Source: Octopus bimaculoides
Taxonomy: Eukaryota
DNA: 64,000 nt
Assembly (NCBI RefSeq): GCF_001194135.2
Contig: NC_068981.1
Coordinates: forward strand, 177,787,942-177,851,941
Reading direction: 5' to 3'
In this document: piece after piece, positions 1-13,074 of the stretch
How positions within the stretch are numbered: position 1 is the stretch's first letter
Layout of the letters: each line of letters starts with the position of its first letter
The notes under the pieces: generated by a model
What the model was told of the DNA's origin: nothing
The model's database searches: none
Seen by the model: the letters and a program-made list of their open reading frames with translations, nothing else
Position numbers and translations under genes: made by a program

Positions 1-40
1 ATATATATATATATATATATATATACATACATACATACAT

Positions 41-185
41 TCGATGGGCTTCTTTCAGTTTCCATCTGCCAAATCGACTCACAAGGCTTTCATCGGCCTA
101 AGGCCGATAGTAGAAAACACTTGCCCAAGGTGCAATGCAGTGGGACTGAACTTGGAATCATGGAGTTGGGAAACAAAGTTCTTAC
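41..185 (-). mobile_element. SINE family B, 5' part (tRNA-like head + CCTTGGGCAAGTGT core)
   Basis: Reverse complement of the copies at 12529, 16476 and 52900. Confidence 0.75.
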
Positions 186-235
186 TATATACCAACACCT
201 ACACCTATTATATATGTATGTATATATATGTGTGT

Positions 236-406
236 GTGGCTGTTGCCAGTACTGCCTGACTGGCCTTCGTGCCGGTGGCACGTAAAAGCACCCACTACAC
301 TCTCTGAGTGGAGGCTGGTGTTGCCATTCAGTTTCACCAGTCCTCAGTTAAATCGTCCAACCCCTGCTAGCATGGAAAGCGAACGTTAAACGATGATGAT
401 GATGAT
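236..406 (+). mobile_element. RTE LINE 3' end (5'-truncated copy) with (GAT)n tail
   Basis: Matches the 3' ends of the longer copies at 16845 and 42762; CCAACCC.TGCTAGCATGGAAAGCG..CGTTAAAC(GAT)n. Confidence 0.75.
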
Positions 407-604
407 ATATATATNNNNNNNNNNNNNNNNNNNNNNNNNNNNNNNNNNNNNNNNNNNNNNNNNNNNNNNNNNNNNNNNNNNNNNNNNNNNNNNNNNNNNN
501 NNNNNNNNNNNNNNNNNNNNNNNNNNNNNNNNNNNNNNNNNNNNNNNNNNNNNNNNNNNNNNNNNNNNNNNNNNATATATATACATACATACATATATAC
601 ATAT

Positions 605-703
<99 letters not shown>

Positions 704-829
704 CACGTCTGTATGTGCACAGGTATGTTAATGTATATATGAGTATGTGCATTTCTCAATATCTGTTTGTACATTATATGATAATTTGGTATTCTCTTAC
801 ATGGAAAATATTCTACTTGCTCAACAATC

Positions 830-1495
830 TCCACACCACTACAACATTCTTCACCACCACCATCGCCACCACCGCCACCACCGCCACCACCGCCACCACT
901 ATCACCACTGTCATCGCCATCGTCATCAGTATATCGTTGTTGTTGTTGGTGTTGTGAATGCAGCAATCACAATATCTTATTGGTAAAAAGAGAGAGAGAA
1001 AAAAAGATGAAGCATCAAAACATACATTTAAGTAAAGCAGATGTTGTTTGAAGTGGGTGTTAGCAGTTGTCAGTTGATGTGAGAAAAGAATAAATAAAGT
1101 TAACAGACAGTTGGTTTTTTTTGGTTTTTTTTGGAGCTTGTTACACAAACACAAAGTGCATTAAATTGTGTATCGTTGACAGATTCCTTTGATATGTGTT
1201 GCTCTAGACCTCATTGAAAAGTCTGCGATTTACAGTTTCGACTTTGCTTGAGCTTCACACCGTGAATCCTTCCCTCATTGTGTAGTTCTTTCATAATTTA
1301 TCATCATTGTTGTCATTATCGTCGTCATCATCCTTGTTGTTGTTGTCGTCACCGTCACAGTCATCATCATTGTCATCATCATCATTGTTGTTGTCACAAC
1401 CATCATCATCTTCATCACCACCACCACCACTATCACTACCATTGCCGTCATCATCGTCATCATCATCATCATCGTCATCATCATCATCATCATCG

Positions 1496-1530
<35 letters not shown>

Positions 1531-2190
1531 GTCATCATCATCATCATCGTAATCATCATCATCATCGTCATCATCGTCATCATCATCGTCATCATCATCA
1601 TCGTCATCATCATCATCGTCATCATCATCATCACCAACACAACTACTGCAGCACTGATGCCAGCAGCAGTAGCACCACCACCACCACCATCATCATTGTC
1701 ATCTTCATCGTCATCATCGTCATCACCATCATCGTCATCATCGTCATCACCATCATCGTCATCATCGTCATCATCATCATCGCCATCATCATCATCATCG
1801 TCATCATCATCATCGTTGTCATTGTCATCGTCGTCGTTGTTGTTGTCATTGTCATTGTCATCATCATCACCATCACCATCAACAGCAGCAGAAGCGGATG
1901 AAGTGGTGGCAGTGGCAGCAGAGGAAGCGGTGGTAGCAACAGCAGCAGCAGCAGCAGTAGCAGCAGTGGTAGCAGCATCTTCCTCATCATTGTTGTTTTT
2001 GCTATCATCAACATCATCAACAGCTACAGCAAAGTTAGCTGTAATGTTATCTTCTTTCTTATTATCATCTTTATCATTGCCACCACCACTGCCAGCAGCA
2101 CCATCATCATCAGCAGCAGCGGCAACTGTAGCATTATTGTGTTCCAGTACTGCCATCATCATCATCATTATTATCACCATCATCATCACT
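830..2190. repeat. Compound trinucleotide microsatellite region (CAT/CGT/CAC/CAG)n
   Basis: Direct reading; it gives homopolymeric ORFs in several frames on both strands. Confidence 0.9.
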
Positions 2191-2602
2191 ATTAGATTCA
2201 TTAATGGATTTAAATACAATCAGTCAGAGCATCAGAGCAAAATGTCTTATGTCTCGCCAGTGAAGTGAGTACTAAGGTCAATTCAATGGCTTACATCCAC
2301 CACTCCACACAAACAAAAATGTGACTATTTATACTTCTGTCAGATATCATCATTATGATGATGATGATCATATTCATCATCACGAAGAAGAGAAAGATAT
2401 GGAGGAGGAGAAGAAGGAGGCAGTTGATGGACAGAATTGTCAGAGCATTAGAAAGAACACTTTATGGTGTTTTCTCTGGCTTTCTGCACTCTTAAGTCTA
2501 AATTCTGTTGAGGTTCACTTATGGAGTGAGGCAAGAACAGAATCATTTGAGCTTCAGACAAAATGCTTCGTGGTATTTGTTCTGGCTCTTTATTAAGTGA
2601 GT

Positions 2603-2984
2603 GGAGGTACAATGGCCCAGTGGTTAGGGCAGCGGACTCGCGGTCGTAGGATCGCGGTTTCGATTCCCGTACCGGGCGTTGTGAGTGTTTATTGAGCAAA
2701 AACACATAAAGCTCCATGAGGCTACGGCAGGGGGTGGTGGCGAACCCTGCTGTACTCTTTCACCACAACTTTCTCTCACTCTTACTTCCTGTTTCTGTTG
2801 TGCCTGTAATTCAAAGGGTCAGCCTTGTCAAACTGTGTCACGCTGAATATCTCCGAGAACTACGTTAAGGGTACATGTGTCTGTGGAGTACTCAGCCACT
2901 TGCACGTTAATTTCACGAGCAGGCTGTTCCATTGATTGGATCAACTGGAACCCTTGTCGTCGTAAGCGACGGAGTGCCAACCGG
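2603..2984 (+). mobile_element. tRNA-Arg(TCG)-derived SINE (family A; possibly octopus OR-type), 14-bp TSD
   Basis: A box TGGCCCAGTGG, anticodon loop GGAC-TCG-CGG, B box GGTTTCGATTCC; TTTATTAAGTGAGT at 2589-2602 and 2985-2998. Confidence 0.9.
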
Positions 2985-4112
2985 TTTATTAAGTGAGTTC
3001 AAGCCCCAGTGAAGTCACATTTACCTTTTACCATTCTAGAGTTGATGAAATTAAATACAAATGGACTACTGTAGTCAATTTAATTGACTAACTCCCTTGA
3101 ATATTTTTGACCTGGCACCTATGTGAGAAACATTATTATTATTTAGATTAAGGCTGCAAGTTGGCAGAATTATTTTTACACTGGACAAAACGGTTAGTGG
3201 CATTTCTTCCAGTTTTATGTTCTGAGTTTAAATGCCATTAAGATCGACTTTATCCCTTTTTATCCCTTCAGGGTCAATAAAAATAAGTACCAGTTAAATT
3301 CTGGGGTCAATGTAATTAACTTCCCCATCCTCTCAAAATTACTAGCTTTATATAAAAAATTAGAAAGAATTATCATTATTAAGATAGTGGATTGTCAGAA
3401 TTGCTAGAGCAGTGGAAAAAGTGATTTGTGATATTTGTTTTGGATCTTTACATTCTTAGTTCAAATTCTGCTGAGGTCAGCTTTGCTTTTCATCCTTCCA
3501 GGGTTGATGAAATAAAATATCATTCAAGGATTGGAGTTGATGGTAATGATCAACCCCTCACTCAATCACAATTGCTGGCTCATTCCTAATTTAGAAACAC
3601 AAAGAGCAGTGCCTAGGCAGAATCCTTTGAACATTGGAAAAATACCTTATAGTATTTTGTTTCAGCTCTTTATATTCTGAGTTCAAATCCTGCCAAGATC
3701 AACTTTGCCTTTCAGCCTTCTGAGGTCAATAAAATAATGCACCAATCAAGTACTGGGGATAATGGTATCGACTAATCCACATCCCTTCAAAAATTCCTGG
3801 CCTGGTAGTTAAATTAGAAAAAAAAAAAAAAGAAGAAATTATTATTATTCTTAGGGCAGTGGATTGGCAGTCATCAGAGCCTCAGAAAAATGCCTTGTGG
3901 TACTTCTTTCAGCTCTTTAAGTCCCAAGTTCGAATCTTGTCAAGATTAACTTTACTCTTCAATTCCTCAAGATTGATAAAATAAAGTTCCAATTAAGTGC
4001 TGGGGTTGATGTTATTGACAGGACTTCTCTCAAAAACTGTGAGCCTTACACCTAAATTTGGAAAAAAATTATTATTATTATTATCATCATCATCATCATC
4101 ATCATCATCATC

Positions 4113-4190
<78 letters not shown>

Positions 4191-4414
4191 TAAGGTGGTG
4201 AGCTGGCAGAATCATTAGCACTTTGTGTGAAATGCTTAGCAGTATTTTGTCTGCCAATACATTCTGAGTTCAAAGGTCAAATTTGCCTTTCATCCTTTTG
4301 GGGTTGAAAATTAAGTACCAGTAAAACACAGGGGTTGATGTAATTGACTAGTCTCCTCCCCAGAAAATTCAGGCCTTGTGCCAGTAGAAAGGATTATTAC
4401 TATTATTGTTGTTG

Positions 4415-4682
4415 TGGTTTGAGTGTTGCACTCATGATTGCTAGATCGTGAGTTCGATTCCTGGACCAAGGTATGTGTTGTGTTTTATGAGCAAAACACC
4501 TTCTTTCACATTGCTCTGAGATCATTTTGACATCTGACATGTGGTACACTCATTACACCTGAACAGACAATGTTGATCTGATAGAGGGAGTGAGCTAATG
4601 TATGGCACATACATTTGATCACTATATCATTTGTGCAGGTTATGTTGAACACTCATACATCATCTTCGATGGGCAAGTCCAT
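4415..4682 (+). mobile_element. Further tRNA-derived SINE-like element
   Basis: B box GAGTTCGATTCC near 4449 followed by a unique body; single copy in the window. Confidence 0.45.
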
Positions 4683-6560
4683 CATTATTATTATTATTAT
4701 TATTAAGGCAGTGAGCTGGCAGAGTCGTTAGCACGCTGGATGAAATTTCACCTGTTGCTATGTTCTCAGTTAAAATTTTATTGAGGTCGACTTTGCCTTT
4801 CATCCTTTCGGGGTTGATAAAATAAGTACCAGTTGAATACTGGGGTCAATGTAATCAATTCATCCCCTCCCTCAAAATTGCTGCCCTTGTAGCAAAATTT
4901 GAAACAATTATTATTATTATCATTATTGTGTTCAAATTCTGCTGATGATGACTTTGTCTTTCATTCTTTCAGGGTTGGTGAAATAAGTACCAGCTGAGTA
5001 CTGGGGTCAATGCAAAAAATTATTCCTTTCCCTTAAAAAATTTCAGGCCTTATGCCTGTAGTAGAAAGGATTATCATTACTATTGTGAAGGCAAATAAGG
5101 AGCAGATTTATATGCCTTGAGCTATTTTCTTATGTCCATTTATAAATCTAAGCTCTAATCCTGTCAGATTCAACCTTTTATCCTTAAAGAAGTCAATAAT
5201 AATATAATACAAGTCAAGCACTGTTATATCGCACATTCGGATGACCTCTACTCAACTACTATGACATCTAGACTTCTCCCTCTATATCTACGTATTGGGC
5301 TAGCCTACTTCATTGTCTGGGGGCGTCAACACAACAAGCACCTGGATCAATTTAATCAACTGTTCTTCCATTAATCTTCAGCTTTGTGCCAATGTTAAAA
5401 GCCATATCTACCTCTGTTTGTCTGTTATCACTAATAAGTACAGGTTAGTAGTATTAAAAAAATTGCTATATGGGTGACAGCACTCTGGCTGAAGTTGTCA
5501 GCCCCGATTCCATGACCCTACAGTGACAAACTGGCAGAAATCATTGAAAGTGTTCAATAGAATGCTTTGTGGTATTTGTTATGGTTTTTGTGCTCTGAGT
5601 TAAAATTTTACTGAGGTCAACTTTGCTTTTCATTTCTTTGGGGTTCATAAACAAAATACCGGTCTATGACTGGACTTTCTCTCTCCATCTCTCTCTATCT
5701 ATTTATCTATTTTAGACAAATAGATAGATAACTATTTCTCAAACAAATCAGCAATGGCCAGACCTGGACAAGGATGGGCACTGTCAGATTCAGATACTCA
5801 GGCAACCCTAAGACTCCATCAAGACTTGAGGTGTTAAATGCAGAGCAAAATATTCCATCGCATTATTCAGCCCTTATTTAGCTATTAACAAAACCAGTCT
5901 ATAGATACTTCATGAAAGATTTTGCCAAAATTTAGAGTGGGAATCATTGATATGGGCATGAACATCACATAATCTTAATGGTAATCTCAGTATATTGTAA
6001 GAACTTGGTGTTTGCTGGAGGTGAAATATAGTGAAGGCAAGGATCATGAGAGGTACAGCCCAGTGGTGAAATTAACAAGTGTTTCATTAGCTTACTGTGC
6101 TGGGGTATTTGTTAATATCCTTTTAGATTTACTTAGGAAGACAAAGAGACTCCACAAAGTTGATTTACTCGAGATAACACCATACAAGGAGGGATGAAGC
6201 CTTCGGTCTTGTTCCAACGATACAACAAATGACTCTGAACATCTCCTCCCACCACTGTTTAAATCTTCATTACATATCCATATTATCATTAGTAAACATT
6301 GACAATACAACTGCCTGACTTTCATTGTTACACTCTGACACAAAACATCCGATAATCTAACATTTTGTATGATGTACGGTGAGATAAAAGTTCTGATAAC
6401 CTCCTCCCCCACCACTGCTTTCAAAACTAAAAGTGTAGGTTTCAAATGACAGTTAATGAATAGATCATTGTACCATGTTCAAACTAAGCTAAAACGATTA
6501 TAAAAGCTGATAAATTTGTCTGTATTTCTTTTGTGTGTGTTCATGTATCTTTACATCAGT

Positions 6561-6619
<59 letters not shown>

Positions 6620-7591
6620 TATTTTCGTATACATACATATGTTTGTATTACAAATGTAAGAGTGTACATAATTAATCTCCACCATCTAAGATCATTCAAT
6701 CACTAGTTTTATACAACTATTTGTTGGATGAGACTATTCCAAATAACTTCATTTTGTCACCTTTGCAAAGTCAGCTGTATTTACCTCATAATAATTGTTA
6801 ATTTGCAATTTTATATCTGGTTTTTATATCACATTTCTATTGGAAGGATTTCATAAATCTAATTATCAACCATCTTTATAAAGAAATTAAGACCAAATCT
6901 AAAATTTTTATTTATATTTTATATACATTGAGGATGTGAATTGGCAGAGTCATTGCAAGGCTGCACAAAATATATTGCTGTATTTATCCACTACCTTGCA
7001 TTCTGAATTCAAATCATGACAGAGACTTTGTTGCCTTCTGTTACTTTTTTCTTTTTGAGACATAATAAAGTATCAGTCCATTGTGGTTGACTGACAGAAG
7101 TGTTAGAGCATTGGACAGGATGCCTTCTTCCTATCTCTGAGCATTCTGAGTTCAAATCCTGCCATGACCTACTTAATTTAGTCCATTGTTCAGTTTAACA
7201 TCACAGCACTTTGGTGATATTGAGCAGAGTCCATTCTAATGCAACCATTTGAATCAGGCCTCCTGTTTAAAGATACATTCCTCCCACTTGTATTAAGGCC
7301 CTGCAATAGACTATAGGCACTACCCTTCCCTCCTGACTTAAAGACAAAAATAATCCAGTAATCACATTCATTTCCATCTTCTTCAGATTTTGTTCATTTT
7401 GCAAATACTTCAGATTCATATCTTCTATTCAGTTTGAAAATATTTTTTGTTGCTATCAAAGAGGAAAAAAAAATCATCAAATTTCTTTCAGCAATGATTA
7501 TTTGACCCCACTGAATACTGAGTTACAAATTAGATTGAGTAGTGAGCATACCTTTACCACAAACCTCTTTGATATATGTATACATATGTAT

Positions 7592-7900
7592 CCTCATCAT
7601 CATCTTTTAAAGTCTGTTGTCCATGCTGGCATAGGTTGGATGGTTTGACCAGGGCCAGTAAGCTGACAGGCTGCACCAGGCTCCAGTCTGATTTGGCACA
7701 GTTTCTACAGCTGGATGCCCTTCCTAACAGCAGGGTGCTTTTACATGCCACGCATATGGGTACCAGTTGTGTAACACTAGCACCCGCCATGACTACGATT
7801 TCACTTGGCTCAATGGGTCTTCTTCTCAAGCACAACATATTGCCAAAGGTCTCGGTCAGTTGTCATTGCCTCCATGAGGCCCAACACTCGAAAGGTGGAG
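7592..7900 (-). mobile_element. RTE LINE 3' fragment (ORF2 C-terminus LGLMEAMTTDRDLWQYVVLEK + 3'UTR + GAT tail)
   Basis: Peptide similar to the C-termini at 17200 and 43250; same 3'UTR. Confidence 0.75.
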
Positions 7901-8239
7901 TGTGTAGTGGTGTTATATGTATAAATTTTTCTGGGTGTGTAGATATACCTAGTACTGTGCTCTTTATTCTGTTTTCTTTCTGTAAAGGGTAAAGTTGTGG
8001 GGTATTGTTTATATATTAGTGTGCAACGGGCAAAGTATAATGTGTAATTCATAATGTATTTATGTGGGATTTGTTTATATGTGGTGGTATAATTTTTGTG
8101 AGGGAGTATGTGCTGGGGTGTTGGGGGATAGTTAACTGTGGGGTGTCCACTTTATGGGTGGGGGTGTATGTGTACATGGATGCATTAGTCAGTCTTGGTC
8201 AAACTCTTTACACTGGGCCCAAGAGCATTAATGCAAGGT

Positions 8240-8830
8240 TGTTTGCAGAAGGTCCAGGCAGGGAACCCGTGGTTGCAGTCATGATGGATCACGCAGGTAC
8301 AATAGAATGTATTTCCTTTTATGCAGACAAGGATTAAACACCTCACTCCTGCTATTGAAGTAAATATCTGGGCGTTGAGTGCCTTTTAAAATCACCCTCT
8401 TCTTGGCCAGGCATAATCTGCACTCCCTGCTACTATTGAAGTACAGCTTGAATCTGGCTATGATCTTCCACTTTATGCTGTACTCCGTAGTGATTTCTTT
8501 TAAAGCCCAGACAGGCTTGACTAGAGTTGTGACGTTATGTCTCTCTGGGATGTTGAATGCGGACTTGTTGTTAAAACGGGTTCTGAAGGGACTTCTGTTG
8601 CCCCCACATATTTCCACACACTCAGTTGTCCATTGGGTCCTCTTGCAGTTACTTCTGCCTTGTAAACAACTGTTGCATTGTCCATTAAGTGGACAAGTTG
8701 TGTTACCCCTACATGAGCATCCTGTCTCAGTCTCAGGTCTGGGTCTACTTATTAAATTCTTTTTTTTTACACTAGGTGCACAGCTAAAGAATAATCTCAG
8801 GGTATGTCTATTGAATATTTTGTAGAATCT
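8240..8830 (-). pseudogene. Penelope-like element fragment, GIY-YIG endonuclease region, frameshifted
   Basis: C.CR...CPLNGQC, VVYKA...YVGATE, FRTRFNN.K, W.LK...EYSIKWKII, CRLCLAKK..I, NSRSEVFNPCLH; this pattern is typical of C-terminal PLE endonucleases. Confidence 0.75.
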
Positions 8831-8971
8831 ATTGGTACAAGGGAAGTGTCTATCAATTAAACTAAGAAAGATTTTACCTACTCTGGTCCGAACATTTTAA
8901 AAGAATGGCAGTGTGAGCCAAAGCGCTTTCTGGTGACACTTTCTCTTGGTAGGGTTAAGGTCTTGGCATGT

Positions 8972-9007
<36 letters not shown>

Positions 9008-12000
9008 TTTATTTTTTACTTAGAATATATTTAGCAAAGAAGAAAATGCTTTCATTCCTCCTAAATTTTCAAATCTTAGTTTTCTACTCTGACTATCTCA
9101 TAAATCTGTGAAGGACTTGGGCAACTGGAAAGTTAGTCCTTTTTGATTCCTTATTAATGGCGGTTAATGCATACAGCTATAAAAATTTAGACAATTGAGA
9201 GATATGATCGGAGAAAAGTGTTAAGCAGCAAACTCTTACATAAAAGATTTACGTTTAATTGACTTGTTGATTTTCTAATTTTGCTTTATTTCCCTCTTAA
9301 TGAGAGCAAGAGTTAGCACACAAGACTTTATTTTAGCAATTTTAGGGAAGACTACCAACCACTATTTTGCAAAGGTCGATGTAAGATAGTATTCTTCTAA
9401 CAAAACCAAGAATGTGAATTGATAAGGCTTCTGTGACAGCAATAAAGTAATTCATATTGTTTATATTAATTGTTATCAATGCAAATTCGAAATTCTTTTT
9501 AACATTAATGATAAAACAAAAATGTATGGTTCCTAGGAAGCATTATTGCCTATGAGAATTCTGTCACTGAATTGTTTCAGATAAATTTTCATTAAAGAAA
9601 TATAAGGTTTTATGTATAGTGCAAAAAAAAAAAAAAAAAGAAAGAAAAAAGGGAAAAATCAGTAAATGAATAAATAAATAACAATCAAGTAGAATGACTA
9701 CTTTGTTCTAGATTTCAACATAAAGAAACAAGTTTTTTGTGGTTGGCAACCTTGATTTTCATTTATTTTTCTCATTAGTTCAGTAATGTTTCAGCAGTAA
9801 TTTACACATGGACTAATTTACACCTATTTCATAGGTTTATTTTTGTCGAAAGGTGGAATACATCAATCCTTTAAGTATGGGAGCTGACATGATTTGCTGA
9901 AATTATGCCATTCGTCATACCATTTTTAAAAAGCTTAAAAATTCAATATTAGATTTCATGACCTTTTACTCTTTAGTAACAGAAATTAATATACCTAAAA
10001 AGTTAATTTCTTACAGAAGTGCAAAACCTCAGATATATAAAGAAGGGAAATGTGCATTACTTTTCTTGACACATTAGTAAGATAAATGAAGTGAACCAGC
10101 TACTGCTTGATATAAAAAGCATACAAATTCTAGGAAATTACCTCTACTCAATGCTGTTTGCCTGTGAGGTAGATTTACTTAAAAATAAAAATAATCATTT
10201 AAAAAATATTAAATTACTAAAATGAAGTTAAGATTCTTTACAAAACAGTATTGCTAAGAAAATAGTTTAAATCTTATCCATAGGCCTTCTTTAAAAATAA
10301 GCACTTTTATTCTACTTCTTTACTGATAGCTTAAAGTTAAAATAGTTTCCATCAAGTGAACTATGTATGCTAAATTTGGTAATATTTTTTTATCAATTTA
10401 AATTTAGTTGAGATCTACATTATTTCTTGATTTTGTTTTTTAAAGTCTTATTAGAAATTGTGCACTAGAATTATAAATGAATTTCACAAAAATAATTTCT
10501 CTTTTTTTAAAACTTGCTTGTGATTAAAACAAATGCATATCTATTTAGAGGAAAATTAGGAAAGAAATAACAATATTGGTATAACAGTCTTAATTTCATT
10601 TTTATAGAAAATTTTAAGCCATTTAAAATTTTTATATCTGTAGTTTAAGTTAAGAAGCGTATTTCCTATTTACTAGTGTTTAAAGATTTATTTCTAACAT
10701 TTTCAATATATCTTTTATCAAATAAACAAATGAAAAATTACTTTAAAAAATACTTTCATAGAAAACTAATTTAACAGTTGAGATAAGTTTTCTCATTTTT
10801 TAATAATTTTTTACTAAAGAAAAGCTTGATATTTTTATTTTGTAAACTTCTTTAAATATTCACAACTTTACAACTGCTATTTGTATTATGTTGAGACTGT
10901 GAAAATGGCGTTTGTTTATGTCAAGATAACTACGAGTGCTGTCTTATACTATACCAATTATATTTGTACAGCAATGCTGTATTGTCTCTCATATAAAACA
11001 TTTTTTTTTCTATATTGAATATTTTCTCTGTAAAGCATTTATTACCCACATTTTTAACAGTCTTATTTACTTTTATTATTGAAAGATATTGCAGTCTGGA
11101 GAAGTTTATCCCAGTTTTTATGATATCAAGCATTTGTGAGATTTTCTTTCCTTAGATAGGCTTACCAATCTATCAAATATTTTTCTGTATACAAGGGTTT
11201 CAACTTATAACAAAACATTCAACAACAAATGATATTACTTTACTTATTTCAGAAACTTATATTGTATTCCAATTCTTATCGCATTTACCCATCATGAACT
11301 ATACCATTCTCTTTGCTTCTTTATGCTTCGTATTTTTAGCATTCCATCAAAATATCAAGAAGCCTTAGCTTTCACTTCAGGTTAGAATGTACAATTGATC
11401 ATGAAGAATTATTGACACAATCTGGAAATGACATGTTCTCATAACAGACAACATTCAGAGAACCATTAAACTGATCTCACCTTATTAAGAGAAAATTACT
11501 TACCAAAGGTTGTGTAGAAATGAACTAAATGGACACAGTATTGTTGCTATACCAGCTTCCATCTACTGTAGATGGCTCGTTTTACATTTACAGGGTGCTC
11601 CACAGCAGAAGTGTTGAGGTCACATCCCCTGGTTAAGAGGATTGGTCTGCTAGAGTCCTGTGCCACATAAAAAGCACTTGTGCCAGTGCCACATGAAACG
11701 CTCTTGAGCCAGTGTCATGTAGTAATACACATGTTAGTGTCATGTTCAAAGCCCCAGCATACACTGTAAAGTGATGAGTATTTGGAAGGCTAACCAGATG
11801 TAGAAACTAAGCCAAATCAGACTGGAGCCTTGTGCAGCTTCGCAGCTTGCCAGCTCTGGTTAAACTGTCCAACTCATGCCAGCATGGAAAACAAACATTA
11901 AAGCATGATAATGATGATATTCATCTGTTCACTTAGTCTGAGGCATACTTAGTTGACAGTCTGATGATGTTCTCTAAAATAGCCTAGCATTATATCCAAG

Positions 12001-12528
12001 AAGAATATCATCTCGTGTCTATTTCATGTCACAAAACTGCAGTTGAATGCCTAGCTATAAAATTTCATCTGGAAGATGGTTTTGCTATACTCTTTCTCTT
12101 TGATTTTTGCTACTCACTCATTTTTGTTAGCTGCACTGGGTTTAATCCCAAATTTTATACTAAGCACTGCAAATGGTTATTGAACACTCACATTCCTTAG
12201 TTTCATCTCAATGATGTCAAACTCATTGGTTTTTTCTTCCATTCTTTCTATTTAAGAATTCTCTCATGGACTATGATCTACAGGATAGAAAATAGGAGCC
12301 CTCTTTCTCCCTGGGACTCAGACTTCACCACCACTGATCATACAGTAGTCAACCTTATTGATGGACAGTATGTACTATACTACAATATACAGCATTCATA
12401 TTTATTCCCTAAAGTATTGCTCGTCATTTGATTTTATGTATACATTGCATTGTGTGTAGAATAACAAAATAATGTGGATGGAGAACCTCTTACAATAAAA
12501 AAAGGAAAAACTTAAATAACTGTTATAT

Positions 12529-12678
12529 GGCTGTGTGGTAAGAAGCTTGCTTCCCAACCACATGGTTCCAGGTTCAATCCCATTGAGTGGCACCTTGGTC
12601 AAGTGACTTCTACTATAGCCTCAGGCCGACCAAAGCCTTGTGAGTGGATCTGGTAGACAGAAACTGAAAGAAGCCCCT
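12529..12678 (+). mobile_element. SINE family B, 5' part
   Basis: GGCTGTGTGGTAAGAAGCTTGC...GGTTCAATCCC...GAAACTGAAAGAAGCCC followed by (TA)n. Confidence 0.8.
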
Positions 12679-12811
12679 CATATATATATATATATATACA
12701 TATATGTATATATCTATGTGTGTGTGCCTTTGTGGTCAAGCATTTGTAAAAAGCATGTGAAACTTCAAGACCCATGGAGCTGAATCAAACTATTTTGAAT
12801 GATAATACTTT

Positions 12812-13022
12812 CTACTATAGGCACAAGGCCAGAAATTTGGTGGGAGGAGTTAAGTCGATTACGCAGACCCCAGTATTCAACTAGTACTTAATTTATTGAC
12901 CCCGAAAGGATGAAAGGCAAAGTCAACCTTGGCAGAATTTGAACTCAAAGCATAACGATAGACAAAATGCTACTAAACATATCACCTAGCACGCTAACTA
13001 TTCTGTCAGCTAGCCGCTTTAA
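12812..13022 (-). mobile_element. SINE family C copy
   Basis: Reverse complement of the unit in the 2418-5640 cluster. Confidence 0.75.
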
Positions 13023-13036
13023 TAATAGTAACAATA

Positions 13037-13071
<35 letters not shown>

Positions 13072-13074
13072 CAT

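Larger units (their letters stand above)
2418..5640 (+). mobile_element. Head-to-tail cluster of about 10 diverged copies of SINE family C, (ATT)n-linked
   Basis: Recurring unit GAGCTGGCAGAATC..TTAGCA...TTCTGAGTTCAAAT...GTCGACTTTGCCTTTCATCCTTTCGGGGTTGATAAAATAAGTACCAG...AGGCCTTGTGCC; A-box-like and B-box-like motifs. Confidence 0.85.

Noticed and set aside
1275-2268. Long ORFs of 200-314 aa (poly-D/M/H/S)
   Set aside because: Products of trinucleotide microsatellites that are open in several frames on both strands; no splice or homology support.
2603-2680. tRNA-Arg gene
   Set aside because: tRNA-like head continues into a SINE body with a TSD and has multiple copies; no proper acceptor stem or terminator. 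The same applies to the head at 22371.
6092-6445. 117-aa minus-strand ORF
   Set aside because: No recognisable motif; possibly a decayed transposon, but I cannot support a call.
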